A stretch of DNA of 62,421 nucleotides from Gemmatimonadales bacterium (GCA_037385645.1 JARRMU010000016.1:1-62421), one strand, 5' to 3'. Numbered from the stretch's first letter, positions 47,925 to 59,195 are shown. A program made the numbers and translations. The notes: generated by a model from the sequence alone, not told the origin.

Positions 47925-49592
47925 CTAGGGCCGAGGCTCCAGACCGGTGAACGGCAGCCTGGAGTAGCTCGGGGGCACCGACTCTTGTAGCCTGGCCGCC
48001 GCCTCCTCCGTCTCGCGGAAGACACGCAGCAGGTTGCCTCCGAGGATCTTCCGAAGTTCCGCCTCCGTGTAGCCGCGCTCCAGGAGCACGGCGGTGAGCG
48101 CGGGAAAGTCGGAGACATCCTCGAGACCGCGCGGCACGACGGAGATCCCGTCGAAGTCCGAACCCAGCCCCACATGGTCGATTCCCGCGACACGGATGAT
48201 GTGTTCGATGTGGTCCGCCACCATCCCGATGTCTCCAGGTGTGATGTTCTCGAGCATCCAGGCCGTGAACGCCTCGCGAAAGGCGACCTCGTCCGGGTGC
48301 TCCTCGCGGAGTCGCTCCTGCACTTGGAAGATCTCCTGGATCTTGCGGGCGGATTCCGGGACGATGAAGCCCGAGAAGAAGTTCACCATCACGACTCCCC
48401 CGTTCTGGGCGACGAGGCGGAGAACATCGTCGGGGACGTTTCGCGGGTGATCCGCGATCGCCCGCGCCGAGGAGTGGGAGAAGATGACCGGCGCCCTCGC
48501 CACCTCGAGCGCGTCGCGCATGGCCTCATCCGTCACATGCGAGAGGTCCACAAGCATGCCGAGGCGGTTCATCTCGACCACCACCTCTCGGCCGAACGCG
48601 GTGAGGCCGCCATGCGCCGCCGTGTCACCTGCGGCGTCTGCCCAGGCCAATGTCTTGGAGTGGGTGAGCGTCATGTAGCGGGCGCCCGCCCGGTAGAGCT
48701 CGCGCAGCACGGGCAGCGAGTTGGAGATCGCGTGCCCGCCCTCGATCCCGATCAGCGAGGCGATCTTTCCCTCGGCGACGATGCGCTCGATGTCCGCCGT
48801 CGAGTACGCCATCTCCAAGTCGGCGGGATAGGCGGAGGCCAGGCGCTTGATGAGGTCGATCTGTTCGAGGGCGATGGGAGTGGCCCCGTCCCCGATGTAC
48901 TCGGTCTCGACGTAGGCGGCCCAGAACTGGACGTCCACGCCGCCCTCCCGGAGCCGCGGGAGGTCGGTGTGTCCATCGGGGCGTCCGGTCCCAAAGGCCA
49001 TGCCTTCCACGTCGAGAGCTGCCTGTTGCCGAATCCTCCATGGGAGGTCGTTGTGCCCGTCCACGACGATGGCGTCGCGGTGGATCCGCCGAGCCTCGTC
49101 CGCGACCGTGTCGGCGGGAAGGCCCGGGCCGCCCGTAACCACGGCAGCGGCAAGAGCCGGCTTGGTCAAGCGTACCGTGTCGCCGTGATGGATCAACAGG
49201 CCCAGCCAGCCGGCGTACGCGACCACAACGGCCGACGGTACCGAGACGGCGATCACGAACCGCCGCAGCCTCCGGTCACCCGCCTGAAGAAGCGAGAAAC
49301 CGGCAAACGTAGCGCAGATGATGAGAAGCACGGTTGCCCAGATGGACCAGAGGCGATGAGTCATGATCGGTGATTCCCCCACGAAGGTGCGTGCTTCCTC
49401 CACATCGGCCGCCGCCAGCCCGGTCACGAAGGCCGGTATCGAGAACAGACCGGCCAGGAGCAGCGAAACGACGGCGTAGCGCTCCAGGGCCTCCCGATCG
49501 GTAATCCACCCGATGAGGCCGGCGCCGACGCCGGCGAGGGCGAACACGACCGAGAACGGCTGACTGATCTGGTGCAAGTACTCCCAACTCAT
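47925..49592 (-). CDS. Membrane dipeptidase (M19 family) fused to an N-terminal 4-TM domain
   Basis: VVDGHNDLPWRIR, HVGLGSDFDG and THSKTLAW motifs. The N-terminal 150 aa or so are hydrophobic helices. Confidence 0.8.
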   Translation of the reverse strand: MSWEYLHQISQPFSVVFALAGVGAGLIGWITDREALERYAVVSLLLAGLFSIPAFVTGLAAADVEEARTFVGESPIMTHRLWSIWATVLLIICATFAGFSLLQAGDRRLRRFVIAVSVPSAVVVAYAGWLGLLIHHGDTVRLTKPALAAAVVTGGPGLPADTVADEARRIHRDAIVVDGHNDLPWRIRQQAALDVEGMAFGTGRPDGHTDLPRLREGGVDVQFWAAYVETEYIGDGATPIALEQIDLIKRLASAYPADLEMAYSTADIERIVAEGKIASLIGIEGGHAISNSLPVLRELYRAGARYMTLTHSKTLAWADAAGDTAAHGGLTAFGREVVVEMNRLGMLVDLSHVTDEAMRDALEVARAPVIFSHSSARAIADHPRNVPDDVLRLVAQNGGVVMVNFFSGFIVPESARKIQEIFQVQERLREEHPDEVAFREAFTAWMLENITPGDIGMVADHIEHIIRVAGIDHVGLGSDFDGISVVPRGLEDVSDFPALTAVLLERGYTEAELRKILGGNLLRVFRETEEAAARLQESVPPSYSRLPFTGLEPRP

Positions 49593-49662
49593 GCGGAACC
49601 TGTCGAGACGGTCGGGGTTGACAGTGACGCCGCCTTTCGTAGGATAGCGGGCTCGACAACAC

Positions 49663-49735
49663 GCCCCCTTCGTCTAGTGGCCTAGGATACCTGGTTCTCA
49701 GCCAGGAGACAGGGGTTCGATTCCCCTAGGGGGTA
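49663..49735 (+). tRNA. tRNA-Glu (anticodon CTC)
   Basis: GCCCCCTTCGTCTAGTGGCCTAGGATACCTGGTTCTCAGCCAGGAGACAGGGGTTCGATTCCCCTAGGGGGTA. Cloverleaf folded by hand; anticodon loop TTCTCAG; GTTCGATTC T-loop; CCA not encoded. Very similar to E. coli tRNA-Glu. Confidence 0.9.
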
Positions 49736-49739
49736 TGGG

Positions 49740-49770
49740 AGCCGCCGGGATGACCGGCGGCTTTTTCGTT
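49740..49770 (+). terminator. Rho-independent terminator after tRNA-Glu
   Basis: AGCCGCCGG-GATGA-CCGGCGGCT followed by TTTTTCGTTT. Confidence 0.8.
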
Positions 49771-49804
49771 TCAGGCAGACGATCTCCCTCACGTCAGCCG
49801 CCAC

Positions 49805-50704
49805 TCAGTAGTCGACGGGTCGCAGATACCACTCGCCGATCGCCGTTGAGGACAGCATCGGGACCGTCGGCAGGTGCCGCTTCCAGTGCGTTCCCTCCAG
49901 CCGCCGCCGAACGACGTCTAGCTTGGCGGGATCGAAACCGAACTCCGCCAGCTGATCAGCCGGGTAACCGCTGAGGAGGTGATGGAGGATGAGGTCCGCC
50001 TCCGCGTAGCTGACGCCAAGATCCTCCTCGTCCGTTTGCCCGTGGATCAGGTCGGCGCTGGCCGGTTTCTCCACGATCTCCTCGGGGATGCCGATCGCCC
50101 GCGCGAGCTCCCAAACCTGCACCTTGAACAGGTCGCCGAGCGGGTTGATCGGCGGCGTGTCGTCGGCATGCCAGGTGAAGTAGCCGAGAAGGCGCTCAGA
50201 CTTGTTGCCCGTTCCGATCGGAAGCGCGTCCAGCTTCGCCGCCTGATCGAAGAGCACGATCATCCGCTGCCTCGCCGCGACGTTCCCCCGCCGGTGATCG
50301 CTCATCCCGGTCTCGAACGACTCCGCGTATCCGTCCACGGCCTCCGTGATGTCGATCTCCCTCGTCTCGATCCCGAGCTCGTCGGCTAGCAGCAGGGCGT
50401 GGTCGCGGCTTTCCCGGCTCGATGTCCGGTATGGAAGGAGGAATCCCTTCACCTCCTCGGCTCCCAGCGCCCGGCGGCAGAGGGTGGCGGTGACCGAGGA
50501 GTCGACGCCACCGGAGAGGCCGATGACCACCTTCTCGAACCGCCGGCGTTGGATCTCGCTGCGGAGAAACTCTACGAGCCACCGCTCGACCAGCGTCGTG
50601 TCGATCGCTAGCGGTGAGAGGTCGTCAGGGCCCGGGGGGGCCGACACGTCGGGTGAATGAACGGCGTCCGGTATCTCGATGACGCCTTCGCGCTTCTCGC
50701 TCAC
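49805..50704 (-). CDS. nadE: NAD+ synthetase (ATP-pyrophosphatase domain only)
   Basis: GLSGGVDSS PP-loop motif, 299 aa, no fused nitrilase domain. Confidence 0.88.
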   Translation of the reverse strand: MSEKREGVIEIPDAVHSPDVSAPPGPDDLSPLAIDTTLVERWLVEFLRSEIQRRRFEKVVIGLSGGVDSSVTATLCRRALGAEEVKGFLLPYRTSSRESRDHALLLADELGIETREIDITEAVDGYAESFETGMSDHRRGNVAARQRMIVLFDQAAKLDALPIGTGNKSERLLGYFTWHADDTPPINPLGDLFKVQVWELARAIGIPEEIVEKPASADLIHGQTDEEDLGVSYAEADLILHHLLSGYPADQLAEFGFDPAKLDVVRRRLEGTHWKRHLPTVPMLSSTAIGEWYLRPVDY

Positions 50705-50734
50705 GCGGCCGCTCCGATCAACGCCGCTCGCCGT

Positions 50735-51676
50735 TCACGAGGCCGCGTCATCCATGCCGTCGGCATCGGGCTCGTGGCTGCCCGGCAGCCCAACCTCGGT
50801 CCCTCGCGGGCGGTGAAGAAGCAACCCCGGCAGCGCCCGCTCCAGGTCGGCCAGCAGCGGCGCTCCGACGCGGGCCGCGGAGATCTCGCGCAGGTCCAGG
50901 CGCATCCCGAGAAGCGCCTCTTCCCACAGGGGAGCTCGGGCGATCGCCTCTCCGCCGGGTCCGAACACGACCGAACCTCCGGCGAACCCCTTGCCCCCTT
51001 CGAAGCCGAGAATCTGGACCGCGGCGACGAAGACGCCGTGCTCCTCTGCGATCGTTCGCAGGACACGATCCCACCGCACGACGTTTCCAGGCACGCCGGG
51101 TCCAGGCTCGAAGCCACGCGCGGGCGAGGCGCTGGGGACGAGGATGAGCTGTGCGCCGTCCAGGGCCGCGAGGGTGCTCGACAGGGAATGGAACACGTCT
51201 TCGCAGATCAGCATCGCGGCGCGTCCCCAGCTCGTGTCGAAGGCTCGGACCGTGTGGCCGGGGTCCACGAAGCGCTCTTCCTGAAAGACGCCGTAGGTGG
51301 GAAGAAAGACCTTCCGGTGGACATGCAGTATCGCCGGGTCTTCGCCCAATCGGGCACACAGAGCGGCGTTGTATACGCGGTCGCGGTAAAGCTCGAAGAA
51401 ACCGATCACGATCTCGAGCGCCGCACCCTCGGGGCGAGCGACCGCGGACAGATACAGTCCGTTCAGCCTCTCGAGCAGGCGCTCCGCCGTCATCGCCTGC
51501 TCCCGAACGCCGCCCTCGAGGAAGTAACCGGTGAGGGCGGTTTCAGGGAACACCAGCATGACGGGCCGCGGCTTCATGGCCTCCACGCGCTCGAACACGC
51601 GGGCGGCCTCGGCCAAGCTCGCTTCCACGTCCGCCTTGACCGGACGGAACTGGCAGATGGCGAGGTCCAGCTTCAT
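50735..51676 (-). CDS. Carbon-nitrogen hydrolase (nitrilase superfamily), probable glutaminase partner of NadE
   Basis: Glu (FPETALTGY), Lys (HRKVFLP) and Cys (AMLICEDVFH) catalytic triad contexts. ATG 51676 (MKLDLAICQF) is preferred; track start 51706 would overlap the divergent gene. Confidence 0.75.
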   Translation of the reverse strand: MKLDLAICQFRPVKADVEASLAEAARVFERVEAMKPRPVMLVFPETALTGYFLEGGVREQAMTAERLLERLNGLYLSAVARPEGAALEIVIGFFELYRDRVYNAALCARLGEDPAILHVHRKVFLPTYGVFQEERFVDPGHTVRAFDTSWGRAAMLICEDVFHSLSSTLAALDGAQLILVPSASPARGFEPGPGVPGNVVRWDRVLRTIAEEHGVFVAAVQILGFEGGKGFAGGSVVFGPGGEAIARAPLWEEALLGMRLDLREISAARVGAPLLADLERALPGLLLHRPRGTEVGLPGSHEPDADGMDDAAS

Positions 51677-51747
51677 CGCAGCAACGTCCGATGCTTCGAA
51701 ATACATGTCAACTTGCGTGGCTCCACCGATTCCCCTATTCGACTTCC

Positions 51748-52503
51748 ATGCTCACCGGCGCTATCGCTCGCGGCTTCACCCTTTTCCTGCTCGTCGGCCT
51801 CCCGCTGATGGCCGCCCGGAATTCGCAGCTGGAGGAGCACGTGGGGGCCATTGAGGCCGCCCGGCCGGCGCTCTATCTGTCGGCCGCGCTTACGCTTCTC
51901 CTGATCGCGGGCCTTACGGCGATCATCGCCAGCTGGCAGGCCATCGCGCCCGAACAGCTGGGCTGGATGGTGGGTGAGCCGGCCGTGGCGCTCGGTTGGG
52001 GGCTGGCGGCTACGGCGGCCGGCCTCGGCATCGCGTGGCTGAGCGGCCTGATCGGCCGCCGCGCCAACCTGGAGGAGAGTCCGCTTCTGCGTCTCCTCCT
52101 CCCTCGCAGCGCTACCGAGCGTCGCGCCTTCCTGCTGCTGGCGGGCATAGGCGCCGTGTGCGAGGAATACATCTATCGCGGTTTCGCCTTGCACGTCCTT
52201 GCCGACTGGACCGGTCAGCCGTGGGGTGCTGCGGCGTTGACCTCGATTTCCTTCGGTCTCGCGCATGGTTATCAGCGGGTGAACGGGATTCTTCGTTCGG
52301 CCGGCCTCGGGATGGTGCTGGCCGTCCCGATCCTGTGGACAGGAAGCCTGTTTCCGTCCATCCTCGCGCACTTCTGGATCAACGCCGCGATGTCCTCTCC
52401 CGCGTCGCGCTGGCTTCTGGCCGATGTCGATAGCGAGGACGTGAACCCAGCCGGAGAGCCGGCGGAGCGAGAGAACAGCTCCACGCGCGGAGATGGCACG
52501 TGA
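51748..52503 (+). CDS. CPBP-family intramembrane glutamic endopeptidase (CAAX protease-like)
   Basis: EEYIYRGF, FGLAHGY and HFWIN motifs. ATG 51748 is preferred over 51691. Confidence 0.8.
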   Translation: MLTGAIARGFTLFLLVGLPLMAARNSQLEEHVGAIEAARPALYLSAALTLLLIAGLTAIIASWQAIAPEQLGWMVGEPAVALGWGLAATAAGLGIAWLSGLIGRRANLEESPLLRLLLPRSATERRAFLLLAGIGAVCEEYIYRGFALHVLADWTGQPWGAAALTSISFGLAHGYQRVNGILRSAGLGMVLAVPILWTGSLFPSILAHFWINAAMSSPASRWLLADVDSEDVNPAGEPAERENSSTRGDGT

Positions 52504-53609
52504 AGCCGCACCAGCTCGCCATGCCGGCCCTGGCAGCCCTGCTCACGCTCGCGACGGCGGGCCTCGGAGTCGACCTCCTGGCCCAGGAAGCCGGCGAGGC
52601 GCAGGAGGAGTCTGGCGCGAAGGAGCCGCCGAAGCTCTGGATTGATCCGATCGGCCTCGTGCGGGCCGGACTCCGCGTCGAGCCGGAGGATGCGCCGCAG
52701 AACACCGGTTTCGACCTCTTCGATGCCCGCCTGGGCGTCGAGGGCGGCTTCGGTTCCATTCTCGAGTACATCGTCCACGCGGGTCTGGAGCCACGCGCCG
52801 TCGACAAGGAGATCGAGTTCCTGGACGTCGCGCTCGCCGTGACGTTCATGCCCGAGCTGCACTTCGACGTCGGCCTCTACAAGGCGCCTTTCAGCCGCGA
52901 GGAGCTCGTCTGGAGGCCCGATATCAAGTTCGAGAGCCGCGCCCAGGCGGTGAACGCGATCGCGCCGGGGCGTCAGGTCGGTGCCGGTCTTTCGGGCACC
53001 TTCCTCGAGGAGCGGCTCGAATACGGGGTGGGGCTGTTCAACGGAAACGGGAAGTCGCTGGAGAACGACAACAACTCGTTTCTCTACGCGGGCCGTGTGC
53101 AATTCAACAACGTCGGCCCGGTGGGCTTCCGTGACGAGTTCGTGATTCAAGTCGGAGCCAACGCTGCTTTCTCGAAGGACAGCGCGGCGGATCTGTCGCG
53201 GATGGGGGGAGCGCCTGCTGCCGCCGAAGAGCTGTCGGCTTTCCGCGGCGACCGCTTCCTCTGGGGGTTCGACCTCTCATCCAGCTACCGGGGCTTCTTC
53301 GCGGACGCGGAGTTCCTGAGGGCGAAGCTCGATCCCCTGGCCGCCGAGGCCGCGAATCTCGTGGCCCAGGGTGGGTACGTGCAGGGTGGATACCGGTTTC
53401 TGGGCGGCTTCCTGGAGGGGCTGGTTCGATACGACGCGTTCGACCCGATCGAGGCCGAGGACAGTGACTATCTGTTGATCGGAGCGAACCTCTACTACCT
53501 GTACCACTTCCGGTTCGAGATGCAGTACGCCATAGGCCTCCACAACTCACCGCCCACGCCGGAGCTCTCCGACGGCCAGTTCATCTTCTTCCTGCAGCTG
53601 AGGCTTTAG
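52500..53609 (+). CDS. Phosphate-selective porin O/P-family outer-membrane protein
   Basis: Signal peptide; VGLYKAPFSREEL motif typical of the Porin_O_P family; beta-strand periodicity. Lies next to the pst operon. Confidence 0.6.
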   Translation: MKPHQLAMPALAALLTLATAGLGVDLLAQEAGEAQEESGAKEPPKLWIDPIGLVRAGLRVEPEDAPQNTGFDLFDARLGVEGGFGSILEYIVHAGLEPRAVDKEIEFLDVALAVTFMPELHFDVGLYKAPFSREELVWRPDIKFESRAQAVNAIAPGRQVGAGLSGTFLEERLEYGVGLFNGNGKSLENDNNSFLYAGRVQFNNVGPVGFRDEFVIQVGANAAFSKDSAADLSRMGGAPAAAEELSAFRGDRFLWGFDLSSSYRGFFADAEFLRAKLDPLAAEAANLVAQGGYVQGGYRFLGGFLEGLVRYDAFDPIEAEDSDYLLIGANLYYLYHFRFEMQYAIGLHNSPPTPELSDGQFIFFLQLRL

Positions 53610-53669
53610 GCATCGAGGTCCGCGTAGGCGGCCTGCGCGGATTCCCCACCGGCCCTTGGCGGTCCCTTC

Positions 53670-54344
53670 CTAGGCAGATTCCCCTTGTGCTCCGGCGCCG
53701 TGCCGGATGGTGCGGCCCTGAACCATGTAGAAGACATCTTCACCGATGTTGGTCGCCAGGTCTGCGATCCTCTCCAGGTTGCGGCCGATCAGCACCACCT
53801 GCAGGCAGGCGGAGATGTTGTACTCCTGCATGTGAGTGAGCATGACCCGCACCAGCGACTCGTGAAGCCGGTCCACCCGGTCGTCGCGACCTCCGACGTC
53901 GCGGGCCAGCTCGGCGTCTCGGGCGACGAAGGCGTCCAGAGCGTCGTTCAACATGCCTATAGCCACCCGCGCCATCTCACCCAACTCGGGCGGAATCGGC
54001 GGTCTCCGACGTCGCTTGGAGAGGCGATCGAACGCGTTCGCGATGTTGACGGCATGGTCGCCGATGCGCTCCAGGTCGTTGTTGATCTTGAGCACGGTCA
54101 CGAGGACCCGAAGATCCGTGGCCATGGGTTGGTGGAGGGCGAGAAGCTCGATCGTCGTCTCCTCGACGATGACTTCGGCCTCGTCGATCGCCTGGTCTGC
54201 GTCCCGGATCTCCTGCACCGCCGCCTCGTCGCAGGATTCGTCGAGGTTGATCGCCCGTTGCACCATCTTCTCGACATCGTGAGACATCGTGTGGAGCCGG
54301 TCGGTGAGCTCTTCGAGTCGCTCGGCGAAATTCTTGTGTGACAT
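53670..54344 (-). CDS. phoU: Phosphate signalling complex protein PhoU
   Basis: Two PhoU repeats (ERIGDHAVNIA and ERIADLATNIGE). Confidence 0.9.
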   Translation of the reverse strand: MSHKNFAERLEELTDRLHTMSHDVEKMVQRAINLDESCDEAAVQEIRDADQAIDEAEVIVEETTIELLALHQPMATDLRVLVTVLKINNDLERIGDHAVNIANAFDRLSKRRRRPPIPPELGEMARVAIGMLNDALDAFVARDAELARDVGGRDDRVDRLHESLVRVMLTHMQEYNISACLQVVLIGRNLERIADLATNIGEDVFYMVQGRTIRHGAGAQGESA

Positions 54345-54347
54345 GGC

Positions 54348-55184
54348 TTATCCGAACCGGCCCGTGATGTACTGCTCGGTCCGCTCCTCCTTGGGGTTCG
54401 TGAACAGACGGTCGGTCTCCCCGTACTCGATCAGCTCGCCCAGGTAGAGGAAGGCCGTGTAGTCGCTGACTCTCGCCGCCTGCTGCATGTTGTGCGTGAC
54501 GATCACTATGGTGTAGTCCCGCTTCAGCTCGTCGATGAGGTCCTCGATCTTGCTGGTCGCGATCGGGTCGAGGGCGCTCGCCGGCTCGTCCATCAGCAGG
54601 ATCTCCGGCTGCACGGCCAGCGCCCGCGCGATACAGAGCCGCTGCTGTTGCCCACCAGAAAGTCCGAGAGCGCTCTCGCGAAGACGGTGCTTCACTTCGT
54701 CCCACAGGGCGGCGTCTTGGAGGGACCTCTCCACGCGACCCTCGATCGACCCCTGGTAGCCGTTGATCCGGAGCCCGAAAGCCACGTTGTCGAAGATCGA
54801 TTTGGGAAACGGGTTGGGCTTCTGGAAGACCATTCCGATCCGCCGTCTGACCTCCACGGGATCGACATCCGGGTCGTAGAGATCGTTCCCGCGATACAGC
54901 ACGCGTCCTTCCACCCGCGCGCCGGGGATCAGGTCGTTCATCCGGTTGAACGCTCGAAGGAGCGTGCTCTTGCCGCAGCCCGAAGGACCGATGAATGCGA
55001 CGACGCGGTTGCGTGGGATGCCGAGCGAGATGTTCTTGATGGCGCTCGTGTCGCCATATAGAACGCCCAGCGCTTCGGTCGTCAGGACCGTCTCGCTGGC
55101 GTCGAAGCCGATGATCGACCCGTCGCGCTTCTCGTCGCCCCCGGCCGCGACCTCGGCGGCCTCGGTGATCGGAGTTTCCGCCAT
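54348..55184 (-). CDS. pstB: Phosphate ABC transporter ATP-binding protein
   Basis: GPSGCGKST Walker [15 protein letters not shown] signature, LLMDEP Walker B, PKSIFDNV. Confidence 0.93.
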   Translation of the reverse strand: MAETPITEAAEVAAGGDEKRDGSIIGFDASETVLTTEALGVLYGDTSAIKNISLGIPRNRVVAFIGPSGCGKSTLLRAFNRMNDLIPGARVEGRVLYRGNDLYDPDVDPVEVRRRIGMVFQKPNPFPKSIFDNVAFGLRINGYQGSIEGRVERSLQDAALWDEVKHRLRESALGLSGGQQQRLCIARALAVQPEILLMDEPASALDPIATSKIEDLIDELKRDYTIVIVTHNMQQAARVSDYTAFLYLGELIEYGETDRLFTNPKEERTEQYITGRFG

Positions 55185-56053
55185 CAGAGCTCCTGCCTGT
55201 ACTTGTTACGAAGCAGGATCGCCGTTGCGTTCATGAGGAGCAAGATGACCAGGAGCACGATGATCGCGGCGGCGGCGAGACTGTGGAAGTCCGCCTGCGG
55301 CTTCGCTGTCCAGTTGAAGATCTGGATCGGGAGGACCGTGAACGGATCCAACGGGCTCGTCGGCGCAAACGCGATGAACGTCAGAGCGCCGATCATGATC
55401 AGCGGCGCCGTCTCGCCGATGGCGCGTGAGAGCGAGAGGATGGTACCGGTCAGAATCCCGGGGAACGCGACGGGGAGCACATGATACCGAATGGTCTGCC
55501 ACCGTGTGGCGCCTAGGCCGTAGGAGGCTTCACGCAGCGATGGCGGAACCGCCCTGAGTGCCTCGCGGGACGCGATGATCACGACCGGAAGGATCAGAAG
55601 CGCGAGGGTGAGCGCGCCGGCCAGCACGCTCCGTCCCAGGCCGAAGACCCGCACGAACACCGTGAGCCCCAGAATGCCGTACACGATCGATGGCACGCCG
55701 GCCAGGTTGGCGATATTGGTCTGGAGAAGCCGCGTGAGCCAGTTGTCGGGAGCGTACTCCTCCAGGTAGATGGCGGCCCCGACGCCGAGGGGGAAGCTGA
55801 CCGCCCCGGTGAGCGCCATCATCCACAGCGTCCCGAGGATCGCCGAGCGGATGCCGGCCCTGGCCGGGATCCGGGAGGGGTAGTTGCGGAGGAAGTCGAG
55901 CGAGAGCCACGCGAGTCCATCAGCCGTAACCTTCACGAGTAGCACGACGAGCGTGATGCCCGCGAACCAGACCGCCGAAACGCACAGCCACCGAAAGATC
56001 CGTCCGCGCCGGTGGCGAGCCTCCCGCCGGGGATCGAAAGACTCCGCGCTCAC
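55184..56053 (-). CDS. pstA: Phosphate ABC transporter permease PstA
   Basis: [16 protein letters not shown]-loop, 6-TM permease, operon position. Confidence 0.9.
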   Translation of the reverse strand: MSAESFDPRREARHRRGRIFRWLCVSAVWFAGITLVVLLVKVTADGLAWLSLDFLRNYPSRIPARAGIRSAILGTLWMMALTGAVSFPLGVGAAIYLEEYAPDNWLTRLLQTNIANLAGVPSIVYGILGLTVFVRVFGLGRSVLAGALTLALLILPVVIIASREALRAVPPSLREASYGLGATRWQTIRYHVLPVAFPGILTGTILSLSRAIGETAPLIMIGALTFIAFAPTSPLDPFTVLPIQIFNWTAKPQADFHSLAAAAIIVLLVILLLMNATAILLRNKYRQEL

Positions 56054-57015
56054 TCGTACACCTCCCGAAACCGCCGCGTCACACGCTGGCTGAGCATGTT
56101 CATCGCCAGGGTTACGAGAAAGAGGACGAGCCCGACGGCGAAGATGGTTCGGTACTCGAGGGTGCCGTGCGGCGTCTCGCCCAGACTCACCTGTACGATG
56201 TAGGCGGTCATCGTTTGGATGCTTTCCAGGAAGCTGAGCGTCATCCGTGGAGTCGCACCTGCTGCGAGCGTGACCGCCATCGTTTCACCGATAGCGCGCG
56301 AGATTGCGAGGATGAAAGAGGCGACGATCCCCGAGAGCGCGGCCGGGACGACAACCCTGGTGGACACTTCGAGCTTCGTTGCCCCCAGCCCGTAGGCCGC
56401 CTCTCGCAGTCCCCGGGGGACGGCCGAGAGAGCATCCTCGGAAAGCGAAGACACCATCGGGATGATCATGATACCCACCACGATGGCGCCGCTGGCGGCG
56501 TTGAAGATCCCGGTCTCGGGAAAGAAGAAACGCAGGATCGGCGTGACGAAGGTGAGGGCAAAGTAGCCATACACGACGGTGGGAATGCCAGCCAGGACCT
56601 CGAGCACCGGCTTGACGATCTTCCTGATCCTGGTGTCCGCGTACTCGCTCAGGTAGATGGCGCTCAAAAGCCCGACGGGCAGCGCAACGAGCGAGGCGCC
56701 CACCGCGATTAGCAGTGTTCCGTTCAGCAGCGGCAGGATGCCGAAGGCCTGATCGCTGAACAGGGGTGCCCAACGGGTTCCGGTGAGGAACTCGACGACG
56801 CCGACCTCGCGGAAGAACCCGACCGATTCTCCGATGAGGACGACCACGATGCCCAGAGTCGTGAGGACCGAAACAAGGCCGCACAGGAACAGGACCAGAC
56901 CGATCGAGCCCTCCGTGAGGCGTCGCCGGCGCTGGGTCCGCAACGCCGGACGCGGCACGCTTGATACTGCGAGCGTCCCGCCGCCTTTGGAGCTTGCCGT
57001 TGGGCTGTCTTTCAA
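56050..57015 (-). CDS. pstC: Phosphate ABC transporter permease PstC
   Basis: [16 protein letters not shown]-loop, permease topology, ATGA overlaps on both sides. Confidence 0.9.
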   Translation of the reverse strand: MKDSPTASSKGGGTLAVSSVPRPALRTQRRRRLTEGSIGLVLFLCGLVSVLTTLGIVVVLIGESVGFFREVGVVEFLTGTRWAPLFSDQAFGILPLLNGTLLIAVGASLVALPVGLLSAIYLSEYADTRIRKIVKPVLEVLAGIPTVVYGYFALTFVTPILRFFFPETGIFNAASGAIVVGIMIIPMVSSLSEDALSAVPRGLREAAYGLGATKLEVSTRVVVPAALSGIVASFILAISRAIGETMAVTLAAGATPRMTLSFLESIQTMTAYIVQVSLGETPHGTLEYRTIFAVGLVLFLVTLAMNMLSQRVTRRFREVYE

Positions 57016-57950
57016 TCCGTCACCGGCAGGCCCGACAAGAGCTCATCGTATTGGCCTCCACCGAGCGGCACGTAACCGACCTCCGGAACGAGAGCGGCCG
57101 CGTTCGTCAGGTAGAACTCCACGAACGCCCTCACCTCCGGGCGGGCCAGCGATGTCGGGTTCAGGTAGATGAACATCGGCCGGGAGAGCGGCGCGTACTC
57201 CCCGCTCTCGATCGTCTCGCGAGTCGGCGCCACACAGCCCGACCCGTTGTCGATCGCGACGGAGTTGAGCCGGTCCTGGTTTTCCTCGTAGTAGGCGAAG
57301 CCGAAGTATCCGAGGGCCTCCTGGTCTCCTTCGACACCCACGACGAGGACGTTGTCATCCTCGCTGGCCGTGTAATCCGGCCGGCTCGCGTCTTCTTCGC
57401 CGACGATGGCCTCGGTGAAGTAGTCGAACGTTCCAGAGTCGGTTCCGGGGCCGTACAGCTTCATCTCCATGTCGGGCCAGCCCTCCCGAACGTCGCTCCA
57501 TCGACTCACCGTGCTCCCCGGCTGCCAGACGCGCTTGAGCTCGTCGACCGTCATACAAGCCGCCCAGTCGTTCTCGGGGTGGATGACGACGGTGAGACCG
57601 TCCCAGGCCACGGGGACCTCGATGGGCCGGATTCCGTTCTCGCCGCACAACTCACGCTCCGACTCCTTGATCGGTCGGGAAGCGTCGCTGATGTCGGTTT
57701 CCCCGACACAGAACTTCTTGAAGCCGCCGCCGGTGCCTGAGATGCCGACCGTGACTCGCACGCCCGGGTTCGCGATCTGGAACTCCTCGGCCATCGCCTC
57801 CGAGATTGGAAAGACGGTGCTGGAGCCATCGAGCGTCACCATGCCTCCGAGGCCTCCCTCCGAGGCTCCTCCGCCGCCTCCGCACGCGATGACCCCAGCG
57901 ATCAGCGGCAATGCCAGTCCAACAGTCCTCATGTCGAATGCTTGTCTCAT
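57012..57950 (-). CDS. pstS: Phosphate-binding lipoprotein PstS
   Basis: Signal plus IACGGGGG lipobox; DGSSTVFP and GISGTGGGF motifs. GAGGGGGA RBS before ATG 57950. Confidence 0.9.
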   Translation of the reverse strand: MRQAFDMRTVGLALPLIAGVIACGGGGGASEGGLGGMVTLDGSSTVFPISEAMAEEFQIANPGVRVTVGISGTGGGFKKFCVGETDISDASRPIKESERELCGENGIRPIEVPVAWDGLTVVIHPENDWAACMTVDELKRVWQPGSTVSRWSDVREGWPDMEMKLYGPGTDSGTFDYFTEAIVGEEDASRPDYTASEDDNVLVVGVEGDQEALGYFGFAYYEENQDRLNSVAIDNGSGCVAPTRETIESGEYAPLSRPMFIYLNPTSLARPEVRAFVEFYLTNAAALVPEVGYVPLGGGQYDELLSGLPVTD

Positions 57951-57983
57951 TTTTGATCCCCCTCGATTCGCATCGGTTCGGGC

Positions 57984-59195
57984 TCAGAAGTAGCCCTGCA
58001 GCATCAGCTTGAAGGAGCTGGCGGACGAGGTGTCGTCCGAGAACAGGGCCACGTCCCAGTTCAGGGCGAGCTTGTTCCGGCCGTAGAAGAAGATCTGCAC
58101 GCCGGGTGTGATCCCCCAGTTGTCGTCCCGGTCTAGGTCGGTGTTCGGGTCGGCCCAGGTGACTCGGAAGACCGGCTGGATGGCCTCGATCGGTCGCTTG
58201 GCGATCGATCCCTGGTAGTCCTTCGGCCGCGTCAGGAACCTCCAGCCGGTATTCACCTGGAACGTCTGGGCACGGGCGAACTCGTCGGTGGGCGGGAAGT
58301 CGAGGATGTCACCCTGCCGGTTCTCGAACGGGTTCTGCCCGTACACGTACTCGCCCTGGAGGAGCGGGCCCTCGTTGAAGCCGCCCAGTTGGAGCCAGAG
58401 TTCCAGGTTCGTGAAATACTTGCCCGTGAACGTGACCCCGTCGTCGGTGACGAACGGGCGATCGGTCACGGCGCCGGCCACCGCGACATCCAGCGGCAGC
58501 TTCCCGACCTCGAGGTTGGCCTGCACCCGCCCGATCCACTGTCCTCGGCTGTCGGCGTTCGGCAAGGTGTCCAAGGCCTCTTGGATCTGTTGGCCCCCGA
58601 AGTAGCCGACCCAATAGGAGACGCGGCCGCCCGCGACATCTCCGCTCAGCTCGATGCCGACATCCCTGTCCGAGGCCCGAAAGCGCGTCGTCAGCTCGTC
58701 CAGGGAGAGAGCCCGAAGCGAGGGGACGCCCGGGATGTCCAGGTCCCGCTCTATGATGATCATCTGGCTCGAGCTCGTGAGCTGGAAGCCGTCGAACGGC
58801 CGCTTCATATTTCCGAACCGCACCTTGAGGGCGGGGAAGAAATTGAGCCGAGCGTATCCGTCCTTGATCGCCACATCGTCGAAGCCCGAGAAATCGAGCT
58901 GCAGCTTGACGTCGAGGAAGTCGAACAGGCCCGCCTCGATGCTCGTCCGGGCCCGGCGCAGAAAGATGTCGAACGGCGGAGCTCCCTCGTCGCAGGCCGA
59001 GTCGGGGTCGTTCTCCGGAAGGCCGGGCACGAAGCCCGAGCAGCTGCTCGACCACCCCTCGAGCTGAAGGCGACCGTGGAAGGTGAGCGTCACATCGTCG
59101 GTCTCGTACTTGATACTTGGCTGGCTCTGCCCGAATACCGCGCCGGGGATGAGTACAGACAGGCAGAACGCGCTCAAGATGAGCGTTCGTCGCAT
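57984..59195 (-). CDS. Phosphate-selective porin O/P-family outer-membrane protein, first gene of the pst operon
   Basis: Signal peptide [23 protein letters not shown]; [13 protein letters not shown] family motif; C-terminal Phe. GGAGG lies 8 nt before ATG 59195; the track start 59246 was rejected. Confidence 0.65.
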   Translation of the reverse strand: MRRTLILSAFCLSVLIPGAVFGQSQPSIKYETDDVTLTFHGRLQLEGWSSSCSGFVPGLPENDPDSACDEGAPPFDIFLRRARTSIEAGLFDFLDVKLQLDFSGFDDVAIKDGYARLNFFPALKVRFGNMKRPFDGFQLTSSSQMIIIERDLDIPGVPSLRALSLDELTTRFRASDRDVGIELSGDVAGGRVSYWVGYFGGQQIQEALDTLPNADSRGQWIGRVQANLEVGKLPLDVAVAGAVTDRPFVTDDGVTFTGKYFTNLELWLQLGGFNEGPLLQGEYVYGQNPFENRQGDILDFPPTDEFARAQTFQVNTGWRFLTRPKDYQGSIAKRPIEAIQPVFRVTWADPNTDLDRDDNWGITPGVQIFFYGRNKLALNWDVALFSDDTSSASSFKLMLQGYF

